Positions 37,957 to 47,655 of a DNA stretch of 64,000 bases are shown piece by piece. The DNA is from Fidelibacterota bacterium. GTDB taxonomy: Bacteria; Fidelibacterota; Fidelibacteria; Fidelibacterales; DSDE01. The notes under the pieces are model-generated. The model was not told the DNA's origin and did no database searches. It saw only the letters and a list, made by a program, of their open reading frames with translations. Numbering within the stretch: position 1 is the stretch's first letter; each line of letters opens with the position of its first letter. The position numbers and the translations under genes were made by a program. The stretch lies in assembly GCA_046735395.1 (NCBI GenBank), contig JBJKQR010000001.1, positions 59,398 through 123,397 of the forward strand, given 5' to 3'.

Positions 37957-38747
37957 AAGGAAAAAACATGAATACAACAACCGTAAAGCAGAATGTAAAG
38001 GAAAAGTATTCACAGCTCGCAGAAGAACAGAGCGGTTGTGGCTGTGGCTGCGGATGCAGCAGCTCTTCTCTGGTTGGAGACAGCTATAAACAGCTTGATG
38101 GCCATCTGGATTCGGCAGATCTGGGACTCGGTTGCGGGCTTCCCACCGAATTTGCCGGTATACGGGCAGGTGATCACGTCGTCGATCTGGGATCGGGAGC
38201 AGGAAATGATGTGTTTATCGCCCGAAAGCTGGTTGGTGAATCCGGAAGGGTGACCGGGATTGATTTCACGGAAAAGATGATTCAGAAGGCCCGGGAAAAC
38301 TCCCAAAAACTGAATCTGAGCAATGTGGAATTCATTCTCGGGGACATTGAGAATTTACCGCTGGACAATGATTCAAGTGATGTGATGATCAGTAATTGTG
38401 TTCTCAATCTCGTACCGGATAAAGAAAAGGCGTTCCGGGAAATGTACAGGGCTCTCAGGCCTGGCGGACATTTCTGCATCAGTGATATTGTTCTGAAAGG
38501 TGAATTGCCTGCCGAAATACAGAACCTGGCAGAACAGCATGTCGGTTGTGTAGCCGGCGCCCTGGATCAGGATGCTTACATAGATCTGATCGCTGACTCG
38601 GGATTCAGAGATGTGGAAATTAAGAAAAGTCGAGAAATACCAATTCCGGATGATGTCGTTGACAGATCTATTTCAAGGGAAATGGTGGATAGGTATCGGA
38701 ATAGCGGTGCCGGCATATTCAGCCTGACGATTGTCGGACGCAAATAA
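37953..38747 (+). CDS. arsM: arsenite S-adenosylmethionine methyltransferase
   Basis: GLGCGLP, VDLGSGAGND, ISNCVLNL and GCVAGA cysteine motifs; N-terminal CGCGCGC; start may be 37968. Confidence 0.92.
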   Translation: MKGKNMNTTTVKQNVKEKYSQLAEEQSGCGCGCGCSSSSLVGDSYKQLDGHLDSADLGLGCGLPTEFAGIRAGDHVVDLGSGAGNDVFIARKLVGESGRVTGIDFTEKMIQKARENSQKLNLSNVEFILGDIENLPLDNDSSDVMISNCVLNLVPDKEKAFREMYRALRPGGHFCISDIVLKGELPAEIQNLAEQHVGCVAGALDQDAYIDLIADSGFRDVEIKKSREIPIPDDVVDRSISREMVDRYRNSGAGIFSLTIVGRK

Positions 38748-38978
38748 CAACGATTATAGAGTAGGGCAGGAGCCTGATGGAAGCAGCTATCCATACGCTC
38801 AGTGTGAATCGTAATTCTATTCCACTCCTGCCTTTATTATTACCGTATTCTCGTAAAGGATTCTTTTTCCGGTCTGGTGAACTGCAGTTCCAGCCGCTGT
38901 GACAGAAGGGGGCGACTGCGGATCAGGTTTGCTGTGGCAGAGCACTGTATTGTAATGCCGCCTCAACCTCAACCAGTC

Positions 38979-39007
38979 TTGAGTATTAAAAGCGGAATGT
39001 GTATATT
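38979..39007 (+). promoter_or_regulatory. sigma70-type promoter of the MATE gene
   Basis: TTGAGT-N17-TATATT. Confidence 0.6.
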
Positions 39008-39069
39008 CAGCGCCTTATGGTTGGGGGAAGCAGACCGGAAATGGAAATACAGTTGATCAAGGAAGATTC

Positions 39070-40500
39070 ATGACTCAACGCAGTAGCTACGCAAATCCGC
39101 TGACGGAGGGGCCGATTCTGAAATCGCTGATCGCTCTGTCGCTCCCCATCATTTTTGCCAATATCCTCACCACGGCCTATCAGCTGACGGACACCTTCTG
39201 GGTGGGACGGCTGGGAACCCATGCCGTGGCGGCGGTATCCATCAGTTTTCCCATCATTTTTCTCATTAATTCCCTGGGAAGCGGCCTGGCCATCGCCGGA
39301 ACCATTCTGGTGGCGCAGTACAAGGGAAAGCATAATCAGACGGCTGTCAATCATGTGACCTCTCAGACCCTGCTCATGGTTCTGCTCGTGTCGGTTGTTC
39401 TGGCCTCGCTGGGATATTTCGCCTCTCCGCTGATGATCCGGCTCATGGGCGCGGAACAGGCCATTTACGTATCTGCAGTGTCCTACATCCGAATATCCTT
39501 CCTCGGTATGGTATTCATGTTCACCTATCTGGTATTCCAGTCTCTCATGCGCGGTGTGGGAGATGTGAAGACACCCATGTATATCGTACTGTCCACAGTG
39601 GTGCTGAATCTGGCCCTGGATCCGCTTTTCATCTTCGGCTACGGCCGTCTGCCCGGATCCGGCGTGACCGGCGCTGCCATTGCCACTATCTTCACGCAGG
39701 GAATCTCCGCATGTATCGGCGTGTTTCTGCTGCTGAGAGGACGGCATCAGATTCAGCTGCATCTGAAGGATCTGGTCCCCGATTTTCCCCTCATGCAGAA
39801 AATGTTTCGTCTTGGATTTCCCGCATCCATCGAACAGAGCACGCGGGCTCTCGGCATGACCATCATGACATTTCTCGTGGCCAGTTTCGGTACGCTCACC
39901 ATCGCCGCCTACGGGATCGGCAGCCGCATCCTCAGTTTCATCATCATTCCGGCTCTGGGCCTGTCCATGGCCACTTCCACGCTTGTGGGACAGAATATCG
40001 GAGCCGGAAAACTGAACCGCGCCGAGCGCATCATCAGGCTGAGCGGTTTTACCGGATTCTGGGTATTGAGCCTGGTCGGTGTGGTTTTTTTCCTGCTGTC
40101 CCGTCAGATTGCGGCCATTTTCATCCCCGGTGAAACGGCCACCATCGAAAGCAGCGCGCGATTCATCCGCTATATGAGTCCCACTTTCGGATTCATAGGT
40201 ATACAGATGGCACTGAACGGCGCCTTCCGCGGCTCCGGAAATACCCTGATTTCCATGGTGCTGTCCATTATTTCGCTCTGGGTCCTGCGTTTTCCCATCG
40301 CCTATCTGCTGTCCGTTCATGCGCATATGGCCGAAAAGGGAATCTGGATCGCCTTTCCCACCGCGAATGTCATTGCGGCCGTCACGGCTCTGGCCTGGTT
40401 CATGAAAGGCACATGGAAACAGAAGAATGTCACGGAAGACATTGAACTGTCCGAGGAAATCAGCCGGGAAGTGCAGATCGAGGACAGCAGCAATTCCTGA
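39070..40500 (+). CDS. MATE family efflux transporter
   Basis: LTEGPILKSL, DTFWVGRLG, RGVGDVKTP, LDPLFIFG, GQNIGAG and FRGSGNT. Confidence 0.94.
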   Translation: MTQRSSYANPLTEGPILKSLIALSLPIIFANILTTAYQLTDTFWVGRLGTHAVAAVSISFPIIFLINSLGSGLAIAGTILVAQYKGKHNQTAVNHVTSQTLLMVLLVSVVLASLGYFASPLMIRLMGAEQAIYVSAVSYIRISFLGMVFMFTYLVFQSLMRGVGDVKTPMYIVLSTVVLNLALDPLFIFGYGRLPGSGVTGAAIATIFTQGISACIGVFLLLRGRHQIQLHLKDLVPDFPLMQKMFRLGFPASIEQSTRALGMTIMTFLVASFGTLTIAAYGIGSRILSFIIIPALGLSMATSTLVGQNIGAGKLNRAERIIRLSGFTGFWVLSLVGVVFFLLSRQIAAIFIPGETATIESSARFIRYMSPTFGFIGIQMALNGAFRGSGNTLISMVLSIISLWVLRFPIAYLLSVHAHMAEKGIWIAFPTANVIAAVTALAWFMKGTWKQKNVTEDIELSEEISREVQIEDSSNS

Positions 40501-40769
40501 CCTTTTCGATTTATTCAATGTAGTTAATAAAATAGTTAACGCAGGGCCGCGAAGGCGCATTGAAGTAAAGAAATTTTAAATAAATTTGGCTATGGTAAAG
40601 ATAAATCTGGAAATATTCCGGGAATATATCGGGGTTACAGGGGCAGGCTGTACAGGTTTTTCCCAGATCCTTGCTTCGTACAATCGATAATTTATTTCAA
40701 ATAATCAGATCAGCTTTGTTATTGATAATTATCTGAGAATTACGGCAGGGTCCAGAAGTGGGAAGATCC

Positions 40770-41396
40770 TTATTCAGCCTGATCGGAGCCCGGTCCTGAA
40801 CTGATGTCCAGATCACGGATAATGCCGTCCTCAATATGGTAGATCCATCCGTGTACATCCAGTTCCTGTCCCCGTTTCCAGGCTTCCCGGACAACAGTGG
40901 ACCGGCAGACATTTCTCACCTGTTCTTCCACATTCAGTTCGCACATGCGGTCTGATCTCTCATCTACAGACGGCAGGGACAGCAGATCATGATAATGCGC
41001 ATGATAGAGGTCGCGAACCGGCCCGAGCCAGTTGTCGATGAGGCCATGCTGTTCTTCTTCCATTGCGGTCGCAATACCGCCGCAGCCGTAATGGCCACAG
41101 ACAATGATGTGCCGGACTTTCAGAACTTCCACCGCATACTGCAGCACCGAAAGCGAATTGAGATCTCCCGGGAGTACCACATTAGCAATATTGCGGTGCA
41201 CGAATATTTCGCCGGGGACCATGTCCACGATCTGAGTGGCTGGAACCCTGCTGTCGGAACAGCCGATCCAGAGGAAGGACGGGGACTGCTGACGGGCCAG
41301 ATCCCTGAAAAATTCCGGTTTGTCCTGTTTTATCCGTTCAGCCCAATTCCGGTTCTGACGGAGAAGTTTCTCAAGCTGCGGGAAATGATCTGCCAT
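40770..41396 (-). CDS. can: beta-class carbonic anhydrase
   Basis: WIGCSDSRVP, FVHRNIAN, VCGHYGCGG, ELNVEEQ and HGWIY. Confidence 0.95.
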   Translation of the reverse strand: MADHFPQLEKLLRQNRNWAERIKQDKPEFFRDLARQQSPSFLWIGCSDSRVPATQIVDMVPGEIFVHRNIANVVLPGDLNSLSVLQYAVEVLKVRHIIVCGHYGCGGIATAMEEEQHGLIDNWLGPVRDLYHAHYHDLLSLPSVDERSDRMCELNVEEQVRNVCRSTVVREAWKRGQELDVHGWIYHIEDGIIRDLDISSGPGSDQAE

Positions 41397-41556
41397 GAAT
41401 CGGCCCCCTCTGCAGAAAATGGTTCGTATCCCTATTCAGAACGTGGAAATCGGACAGTGGCCTATTTACATGATGATAATTATCTAAAATGAAATCACGC
41501 CGGCACCTGATATCTACTATTTCCATTCTGTAAAATAACAAAAACGATCGGGATTG

Positions 41557-43389
41557 TCATTCCTGAACATGCGTTTCGAAATGCACCTGGAGATGTTTGA
41601 TCCTGCCGTTGCGGATCAGAGTCACCGTGATACTGTCTCCCGGGTTGAATTCCTGCATGCAGGTCATATACTCGCGGATGCCGCTGATTTTCCGGCCATT
41701 GATTTCAGTCAGCAGGTCTCCGGACAGTATGCCTGCCCTGTAGGCGCTTTTATCCTTCGCGACAGCCTTGATACCCAGTCCGGGCACGGTGGAAGCGAAA
41801 TCAGGCGTAATGCCCAGAGATACCTTCATGGCCGCGCGCCCCTGGCCGGGGGGAGCGGGAGCCGCGGCAGGAGCCAGACGCTGAAATTCCGGCGCCCTAT
41901 CCCGACTGTCCAGCCAGGATATGAGATCTTTTACATAATTCACGATTTTGGCTTCACCCTCTGCATGTATCCGCAGCGCATCATCGGAGGGCCTGTGATA
42001 ATCATCGTGGGTTCCGGTGAAGAAAAAGAGCACAGGAATATTCCGGTCATAAAAGGATGAGTGGTCGGATACGCCGATAATATCCGTATTGAAGGCCAGA
42101 TCAAAGCCATAGCGATGATTGATTCCGGTCAGCGCTCCCTGAAAATCCGGCGAGGTGCTGCTGCCGAAGATGATCAGCTTATCCTCTTCCGGCCGGCCGA
42201 TCATATCCAGATTTATCATGCAGTCCACACTGTCATTCGGTACCAGTGGGTGAGCTGTGTAATACGAAGATCCCAGCGCTCCCATCTCTTCGGCTGCAAA
42301 GCAGATGAAAAGCAGGCTGTGACGGGGTCTTGCTTTCTGTGCGGCAAAATAGTTTGCCAGCTCTATAACGCATGCCGTACCGGAGGCATTGTCGTCGGCG
42401 CCATTATGCACCGCGGATACGCCTGGGGCTTCGGAGGTGGGACCGCCCAGGCCCAATCCATCCTTATGAGCTCCGATGACAATAAATTCATGTTTCAGGT
42501 CGGGATCACTCCCTTCCAGAAGTCCGATGAGATTGTGAGTCAGCGTCGTTTCCCGGAGCAAATCCACAGTTGCGCTGATCCGGACTCCCTTCAGCGTCCG
42601 GGCAAGGGTCTGTTTATTCTGGCGCATGTCACTGAGCAGGGAGGAGAGGGTGATTCCGGCTGTTTCAATGAAAGGCATTTCCAGTTTTGAACTTTTTATG
42701 AACAGTACGGGAAGGGTGGACGCACCCCAGACCGGATCAAAAGCCAGGTCCGGAAGCCGGCTGTTTTCCGGATCTGAAATGATAACCCCTGCCGCGCCCT
42801 TTGCCTGAGCTCTCTCCACCTTTTCACGAAGAACTTTTGTTCCTGCCGCTGCAGCACCCATGCCGGGCGGCGGGCCCGGAAGCAGAATAACCCATTTCCC
42901 CTTCACATTGATGGAGGCAAAATCATTCCATGCTCCGTTCGGAAGCGTTTCACCGAAACCACCGAATACGGCTTCCGCCGTGCAGTTTCCCAGTCCGGAA
43001 AAACCGTAGGGGATGAAATCTCTGCCCGCCCTCAGATTTTCGCCGTTGATGACGAGATGATTTGAGCGGCCCAGTTTTACACCGGTTGTCACGGTCACGT
43101 CCTGATCATAATCAGGGCCGGATATGGCCTTGATTCCGGCATCCCTGAACTGACGACGAATATAATTTTCAGCCAGGCTGTCTCCGTGAGTTCCGGGAAA
43201 ACGTCCCTGCAGGCTGTCATCAGCCAGAAAATTGATATGCCGGATGATGCTCAGGCTGTCGATCACATAGGCCGGAGCGGGTTCCTGAACCTTCTTCGCC
43301 ACAGGAGCCGTTGCAGGACTGCAGGCGAATTCCAGCTGCAGCAGGATCGCGGTAAGCAGGATGATCGGGAGTTTGCGATGTGTCAACAT
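41557..43389 (-). CDS. M28 aminopeptidase with PA and PDZ domains, lipoprotein
   Basis: LQGRFPGT, IGAHKD, NGADDNASG, AEEMG, INLDMIG, SDH and YHRPSD; C-terminal LGITPD PDZ; start at ATG 43389 with RBS. Confidence 0.9.
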   Translation of the reverse strand: MLTHRKLPIILLTAILLQLEFACSPATAPVAKKVQEPAPAYVIDSLSIIRHINFLADDSLQGRFPGTHGDSLAENYIRRQFRDAGIKAISGPDYDQDVTVTTGVKLGRSNHLVINGENLRAGRDFIPYGFSGLGNCTAEAVFGGFGETLPNGAWNDFASINVKGKWVILLPGPPPGMGAAAAGTKVLREKVERAQAKGAAGVIISDPENSRLPDLAFDPVWGASTLPVLFIKSSKLEMPFIETAGITLSSLLSDMRQNKQTLARTLKGVRISATVDLLRETTLTHNLIGLLEGSDPDLKHEFIVIGAHKDGLGLGGPTSEAPGVSAVHNGADDNASGTACVIELANYFAAQKARPRHSLLFICFAAEEMGALGSSYYTAHPLVPNDSVDCMINLDMIGRPEEDKLIIFGSSTSPDFQGALTGINHRYGFDLAFNTDIIGVSDHSSFYDRNIPVLFFFTGTHDDYHRPSDDALRIHAEGEAKIVNYVKDLISWLDSRDRAPEFQRLAPAAAPAPPGQGRAAMKVSLGITPDFASTVPGLGIKAVAKDKSAYRAGILSGDLLTEINGRKISGIREYMTCMQEFNPGDSITVTLIRNGRIKHLQVHFETHVQE

Positions 43390-43433
43390 GGGTTTTCCTT
43401 TCATGAACGAATAGCCGGATACCCGTTGTTTAT

Positions 43434-45557
43434 TCAAAATTGGGTCAAATCTTTTATTAGGCTCTCTCCGATGGCGGGCCATTGGCCTTTGCCCACATTC
43501 TGGGATCCGTTAAAAACCAGATAACTGTATTTTCCATAATGCTGCAGAAGGCTTCCGATACGGGGGAGGGAAGCGGGATCATAGCTGAGAATCGACAGGT
43601 TCTTGTTCTGGCTTCCCGGCTCGTACCCTGCGAGAACAAAAGTATGCCCGGACAGGGGGTAAGACCGGCCCAGTATGCGGATGCTGTCGGCGGACATGCT
43701 GAGCAGCGGTGCTACATAATCCGGAAGCATGGGTGGATTCAGGTAAATCAGGGCATTATCGGGAGTGGATGTATAACTGAGAGGATCAAAGCCGGAATTC
43801 CTGTCGGACAGATTTTCTGCAAACGTACGGTACAGGTCCATATTATTCTGATCGTCATCTGTAATGAAAATCAATTTATTACATCCCAGAACACCGGAAA
43901 GCACAGCCTCAATTTCATCCGGGTGGAGCCGGCGGAAGAGCCGGTAGTCCGGATCCAGTTCCAGAGTTGTATAGGGCGTATCAAAATGATAGGTGAAGGA
44001 AACCTGCGCGGCTTTATTCAGGCCGACGATCACATCGGCGTGGCCGTCCGGCCCGGAAAAGCGGAGCGGAACACGAAGCGTATAAAGTTGGGAGTCCGCT
44101 TCCTGGGAAACGGTGAATTTTACATCTATGGCGTCATCGCCGCGTTTCACGGAATCAATGGCCAGGGAAAGGAGGGGAGCGCCGGCCCGGTCAATCCACT
44201 GGGGAATGAATTCGTTCAGATCCTTTCCGGAGCGTTTCTGCCAGGCGTCAATCCATTCTTCAAAACTGATCTGCTTCCCGCGGTAATCCCGGTAAATATC
44301 TTTCCAGGCGCCGTAAAAGGCCTCATCTCCGATGCGGTCATTGATCATCTGGTAAACCATCATCGTTTTGTTGTATCCGATAGTCCGGCTGGCGGCATCA
44401 TGGCGGGCCGTGAATTTCCGGATCGGAAAATCGCTGTCGGAGCGGACATAATTCATGTAGTCCTTCAGAATATCCTTCCGATACGATTTCGCTTCTTCCG
44501 GACTTTTCTTTTTCTTGTACAGATAATCGGCGCCATAGACGGTAAGACCTTCGCACCAGTTTCCGCGCTCAGTGTCCACATAGACGCTGTTCCCCCACCA
44601 ATTGTGAAGCACTTCATGGCCCAGGCTGGTCATGACGATGAAGGGAAGGCGCAGAACCTGCTGTCCGAGCAGCGTCCAGGCCGGCATGCCGTAGCCGGTG
44701 GGAAAGAAATTCTCCGCCACGGTAAAGCGGTCGAAGGGATAGGGCCCGATCAGTTCGGAATACATGCCGATATAGGCGATGGTGGCAGGCAGATAGGTTT
44801 CGAAGAGGGACGTGTCGTCTGCGAAGAAAGCACAGTACACATCCGTGTCACCGGATTTTCCATGCCGGAGGACATAGGGAGCTGCCATGACCATCAGGCC
44901 GTCATTCCTGTAAGGATTCATCCAGCGCTGCCGGGTGCGCCCGGCTTCCTGCTGCTGATCAGTCTGGTTGCCGTCTGCAATGCTTTCCCATCCGGACGGC
45001 ATATCCACGGTAACGGCAAAGGAGGCCATCTTTTCCCCACCGAGAGGATAATAGGCGGAGGACGGGCTGAAGTAGGCTCCCTTGTCCAGAATGGTGGCAT
45101 CAATCTCCCGGCCGATATTCTGATTAGAAAAATGCGTTTCGCCCACATCTTCAAAAAAAGTGGATTTATAGGAAAGAGAAAAACGATGAGGACCGGTTTT
45201 GCCACCTGTAAATACCAGAAGGTCCTGCCGGATATCCAGTATATCCTGTGGAAGCGCGGCTCTGAGAACCATGGCTTCACTGCTGCTGTCGGAGGGCTGC
45301 AGCAGGCGATATTCCGCTTCGAGGCCATCCAGTGTGAAACTCGCTATATCGGCTCCGTGGTGGATGGATAGGCAGGATAGTCCCGATGCCGTAATATTCA
45401 GCTCTCCACGGTCGTCAATGACGGCACTGTGTGTGGACACATCCAGAACCATCATGATATCATGGCTGATAAATGAGACCGGCGTCGCTTTCTTTTCCTG
45501 TCGGCAGGACAGAAACAGAAAAAAGGCCGCTATGAGCATCATCACGCTTCTTTTCAT
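43434..45557 (-). CDS. M1-like gluzincin aminopeptidase, lipoprotein
   Basis: GHEVLHNWWGN...WCEGL zinc motif, TGYGMP in place of GAMEN, IGYNK; lipobox LFLSC. Confidence 0.85.
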   Translation of the reverse strand: MKRSVMMLIAAFFLFLSCRQEKKATPVSFISHDIMMVLDVSTHSAVIDDRGELNITASGLSCLSIHHGADIASFTLDGLEAEYRLLQPSDSSSEAMVLRAALPQDILDIRQDLLVFTGGKTGPHRFSLSYKSTFFEDVGETHFSNQNIGREIDATILDKGAYFSPSSAYYPLGGEKMASFAVTVDMPSGWESIADGNQTDQQQEAGRTRQRWMNPYRNDGLMVMAAPYVLRHGKSGDTDVYCAFFADDTSLFETYLPATIAYIGMYSELIGPYPFDRFTVAENFFPTGYGMPAWTLLGQQVLRLPFIVMTSLGHEVLHNWWGNSVYVDTERGNWCEGLTVYGADYLYKKKKSPEEAKSYRKDILKDYMNYVRSDSDFPIRKFTARHDAASRTIGYNKTMMVYQMINDRIGDEAFYGAWKDIYRDYRGKQISFEEWIDAWQKRSGKDLNEFIPQWIDRAGAPLLSLAIDSVKRGDDAIDVKFTVSQEADSQLYTLRVPLRFSGPDGHADVIVGLNKAAQVSFTYHFDTPYTTLELDPDYRLFRRLHPDEIEAVLSGVLGCNKLIFITDDDQNNMDLYRTFAENLSDRNSGFDPLSYTSTPDNALIYLNPPMLPDYVAPLLSMSADSIRILGRSYPLSGHTFVLAGYEPGSQNKNLSILSYDPASLPRIGSLLQHYGKYSYLVFNGSQNVGKGQWPAIGESLIKDLTQF

Positions 45558-45858
45558 TATGAACCCTATTCCTTTGTGACCGTTTCGGGTCTGATAAATT
45601 TGAATTCAAGCTCATTGTCCGACAGGATCCGCCCTGCCGCGAGAAAAAGAGTTTTCCGGCTAAACCCGTACATTTGCAACAAATTACAATGATTGGCCAG
45701 CATTCGCAATACGCGAAACGGAAAAGCCATGTCTCTTTCATCACAATAAACGCAAATTGTCTGTTGTTTTCACATGGCTTATCCGGAAATGCCGATTTCG
45801 GCCAGGCCGTTTTCCGGTATTTACTTTCACCCTGAATCATGCTATCTTACCGTCAATT

Positions 45859-46887
45859 ATGACAGAGACACGGTTATCATCACTTCGTGAACCGGCCGAT
45901 ACCATCGGCTTTGCGCATCAGGACTGGCAGATCTCTGCGGTGATGGAGCGCATCATCGCAGACCACGGTGAAAACCTGAAAAATGCGCCGGAAGCTCCCT
46001 CATCGGGCTGGACGGCCGCCATCTGCCCTCACGACGATTACAGTTACGCGCACTGGATTTATCCCGCCGTCCTGCGGGGCATCCGGGCACGCACCCTGGT
46101 TATCTTCGGCGTCGCCCACCGCGCCGCCAGCTTTAATATAGAGAATCAACTCATTCTTGACGGATTCAGTGCCTGGAAGGGGCCATTCGGGCCTGTCGGG
46201 ATTTCTCCGCTGCGTGAACATCTCTGCAAAACTCTGCCCAATGACATGTTCGTTGTTCATGATACTTTTCAGAGCCGCGAACATTCGGTAGAAGCCCTGC
46301 TCCCCTTTCTGCAGTATTTCAATCGCGATATGGAAATAGTCAGTGTACTCATTCCGCACATGAGCATCGAACGCATGGAGAAAATCAGTTCTCAAGTTGT
46401 TAACAGCATATATTCCTTCATGTCAAAATCAGGAATGAAACCGGGAAGGGATCTGGCCCTGCTCATGTCGTCAGATGCCGTTCACTACGGTGACCGCGAA
46501 TGGGGAGGACAGAATTATGCGCCCTTCGGTACGGATGAAGACGGAACAAAACTGGCGCTGGCCCGTGAAATGGAGATCATGGATACCTGTTTCCGGGGTC
46601 CGATGGATCGCGAAAAGATCCTGCGCTTCAATGCCTATACCGTAAATCCGCAGAACTATCGGGAGTACCGCTGGACCTGGTGCGGCCGCTATTCCATTCC
46701 CTTCGGACTGTTTACCGCCCTCGGTCTGCAGACGCATTTTGAGGATAAAGGGCTTCAGGGCCGTTTCATTGCCTACGGGAGCAGCATCAGTCGAGAAATT
46801 CTGGATGTAAGTGATCTGGGAATGGGACAGACCGCCATTGCCAGCTCTGATCATTGGGTCGGCTATCCGGCTGTGGGATTCTTCTGA
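45859..46887 (+). CDS. amrB: MEMO1 family protein (AmmeMemoRadiSam protein B-like)
   Basis: ICPHDDY.YA, GVAH, EHSVEALLPFLQ, SSDAVHYG, WCG and HWVGY; start at ATG 45859 behind TTTACT-N17-TATCTT. Confidence 0.82.
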   Translation: MTETRLSSLREPADTIGFAHQDWQISAVMERIIADHGENLKNAPEAPSSGWTAAICPHDDYSYAHWIYPAVLRGIRARTLVIFGVAHRAASFNIENQLILDGFSAWKGPFGPVGISPLREHLCKTLPNDMFVVHDTFQSREHSVEALLPFLQYFNRDMEIVSVLIPHMSIERMEKISSQVVNSIYSFMSKSGMKPGRDLALLMSSDAVHYGDREWGGQNYAPFGTDEDGTKLALAREMEIMDTCFRGPMDREKILRFNAYTVNPQNYREYRWTWCGRYSIPFGLFTALGLQTHFEDKGLQGRFIAYGSSISREILDVSDLGMGQTAIASSDHWVGYPAVGFF

Positions 46888-46963
46888 TTTATTTCAAATA
46901 ATAAGTTACAATAACCCTCTTGCTTCAGAATGATAGGTCCCATACAAACAGAAAGGGAAACGA

Positions 46964-47467
46964 GTGAAAGCAATTTATATCCATAGAGCGGAACGCTCCA
47001 TCGGAACACTTCTGCTCGGCGTCTTCAATGATCAGCTCTGTCTGATGGATTATCTGACACGTTCAACCCGCGAAGCTGTCGACCATCGCCTCAAATCCGG
47101 CCTCAGGGCTGAATTCGTACAGAAAATACATCCGCTGGCACTTTCTGCTCTCGAGGAAGTGGATGAATATCTATCTGGGAAGAGACAGCACTTTGATATC
47201 CCTCTGCTTACGGTGGGAACACCCTTTCAGAAATTGGTCTGGGAGACGCTGCAGCATATTCCCTACGGGGAGACGATCAGTTATGCTCAGCTTGCGGAGC
47301 GGACAGGCAGGCCGGCTGCGGTAAGGGCCGTCGCCTCGGTAAATGCCGCCAATGCCCTGTCCCTTTTCATTCCCTGTCATCGTGTCATCCGGAGTAATGG
47401 CGATGTGGGGGGATATGCAGGCGGATCCGATGCGAAAAAGGAACTGCTGAGGCTCGAATACTCTTAA
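46964..47467 (+). CDS. ogt: methylated-DNA--protein-cysteine methyltransferase
   Basis: GTPFQ..VW..L..IPYGET, AVRAVA, IPCHRV active site and GGYAGG. Confidence 0.94.
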   Translation: MKAIYIHRAERSIGTLLLGVFNDQLCLMDYLTRSTREAVDHRLKSGLRAEFVQKIHPLALSALEEVDEYLSGKRQHFDIPLLTVGTPFQKLVWETLQHIPYGETISYAQLAERTGRPAAVRAVASVNAANALSLFIPCHRVIRSNGDVGGYAGGSDAKKELLRLEYS

Positions 47468-47655
47468 TTCTAAGCATTGTAATACTATTTTTCATCTCAA
47501 GGGCCGAATGTGTCAGCCGTCACAGGAAGCTGAAATTCAGTCGGTTAAATTGGGGATGGAACAGGTGCTAATCATGCAGAACAGGGCGATGATACCGCCA
47601 GAAGCCAGACTGTTTCATGACAAAGTAAATGGCAAAAGATAATTATAAAATTCCA

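Noticed and set aside
23316..41396. Carboxysome hypothesis from BMC genes plus gamma- and beta-carbonic anhydrases
   Set aside because: No RuBisCO, CcmM/CsoS2 or encapsulation extensions. Both CAs look like ordinary housekeeping types and are not adjacent to the shell genes.
43482..45371. 629-aa plus-strand ORF
   Set aside because: Antisense shadow of the M1 peptidase, with no motifs or RBS. The same applies to 39007..40560, 26956..28491, 6149..7324, 49688..50821, 50970..52088 and the other nested ORFs.
37106..47467. Integrative element at tRNA-Pro
   Set aside because: No integrase or transposase, and I saw no duplicated tRNA 3' end. Only the accessory-looking gene content suggests it.
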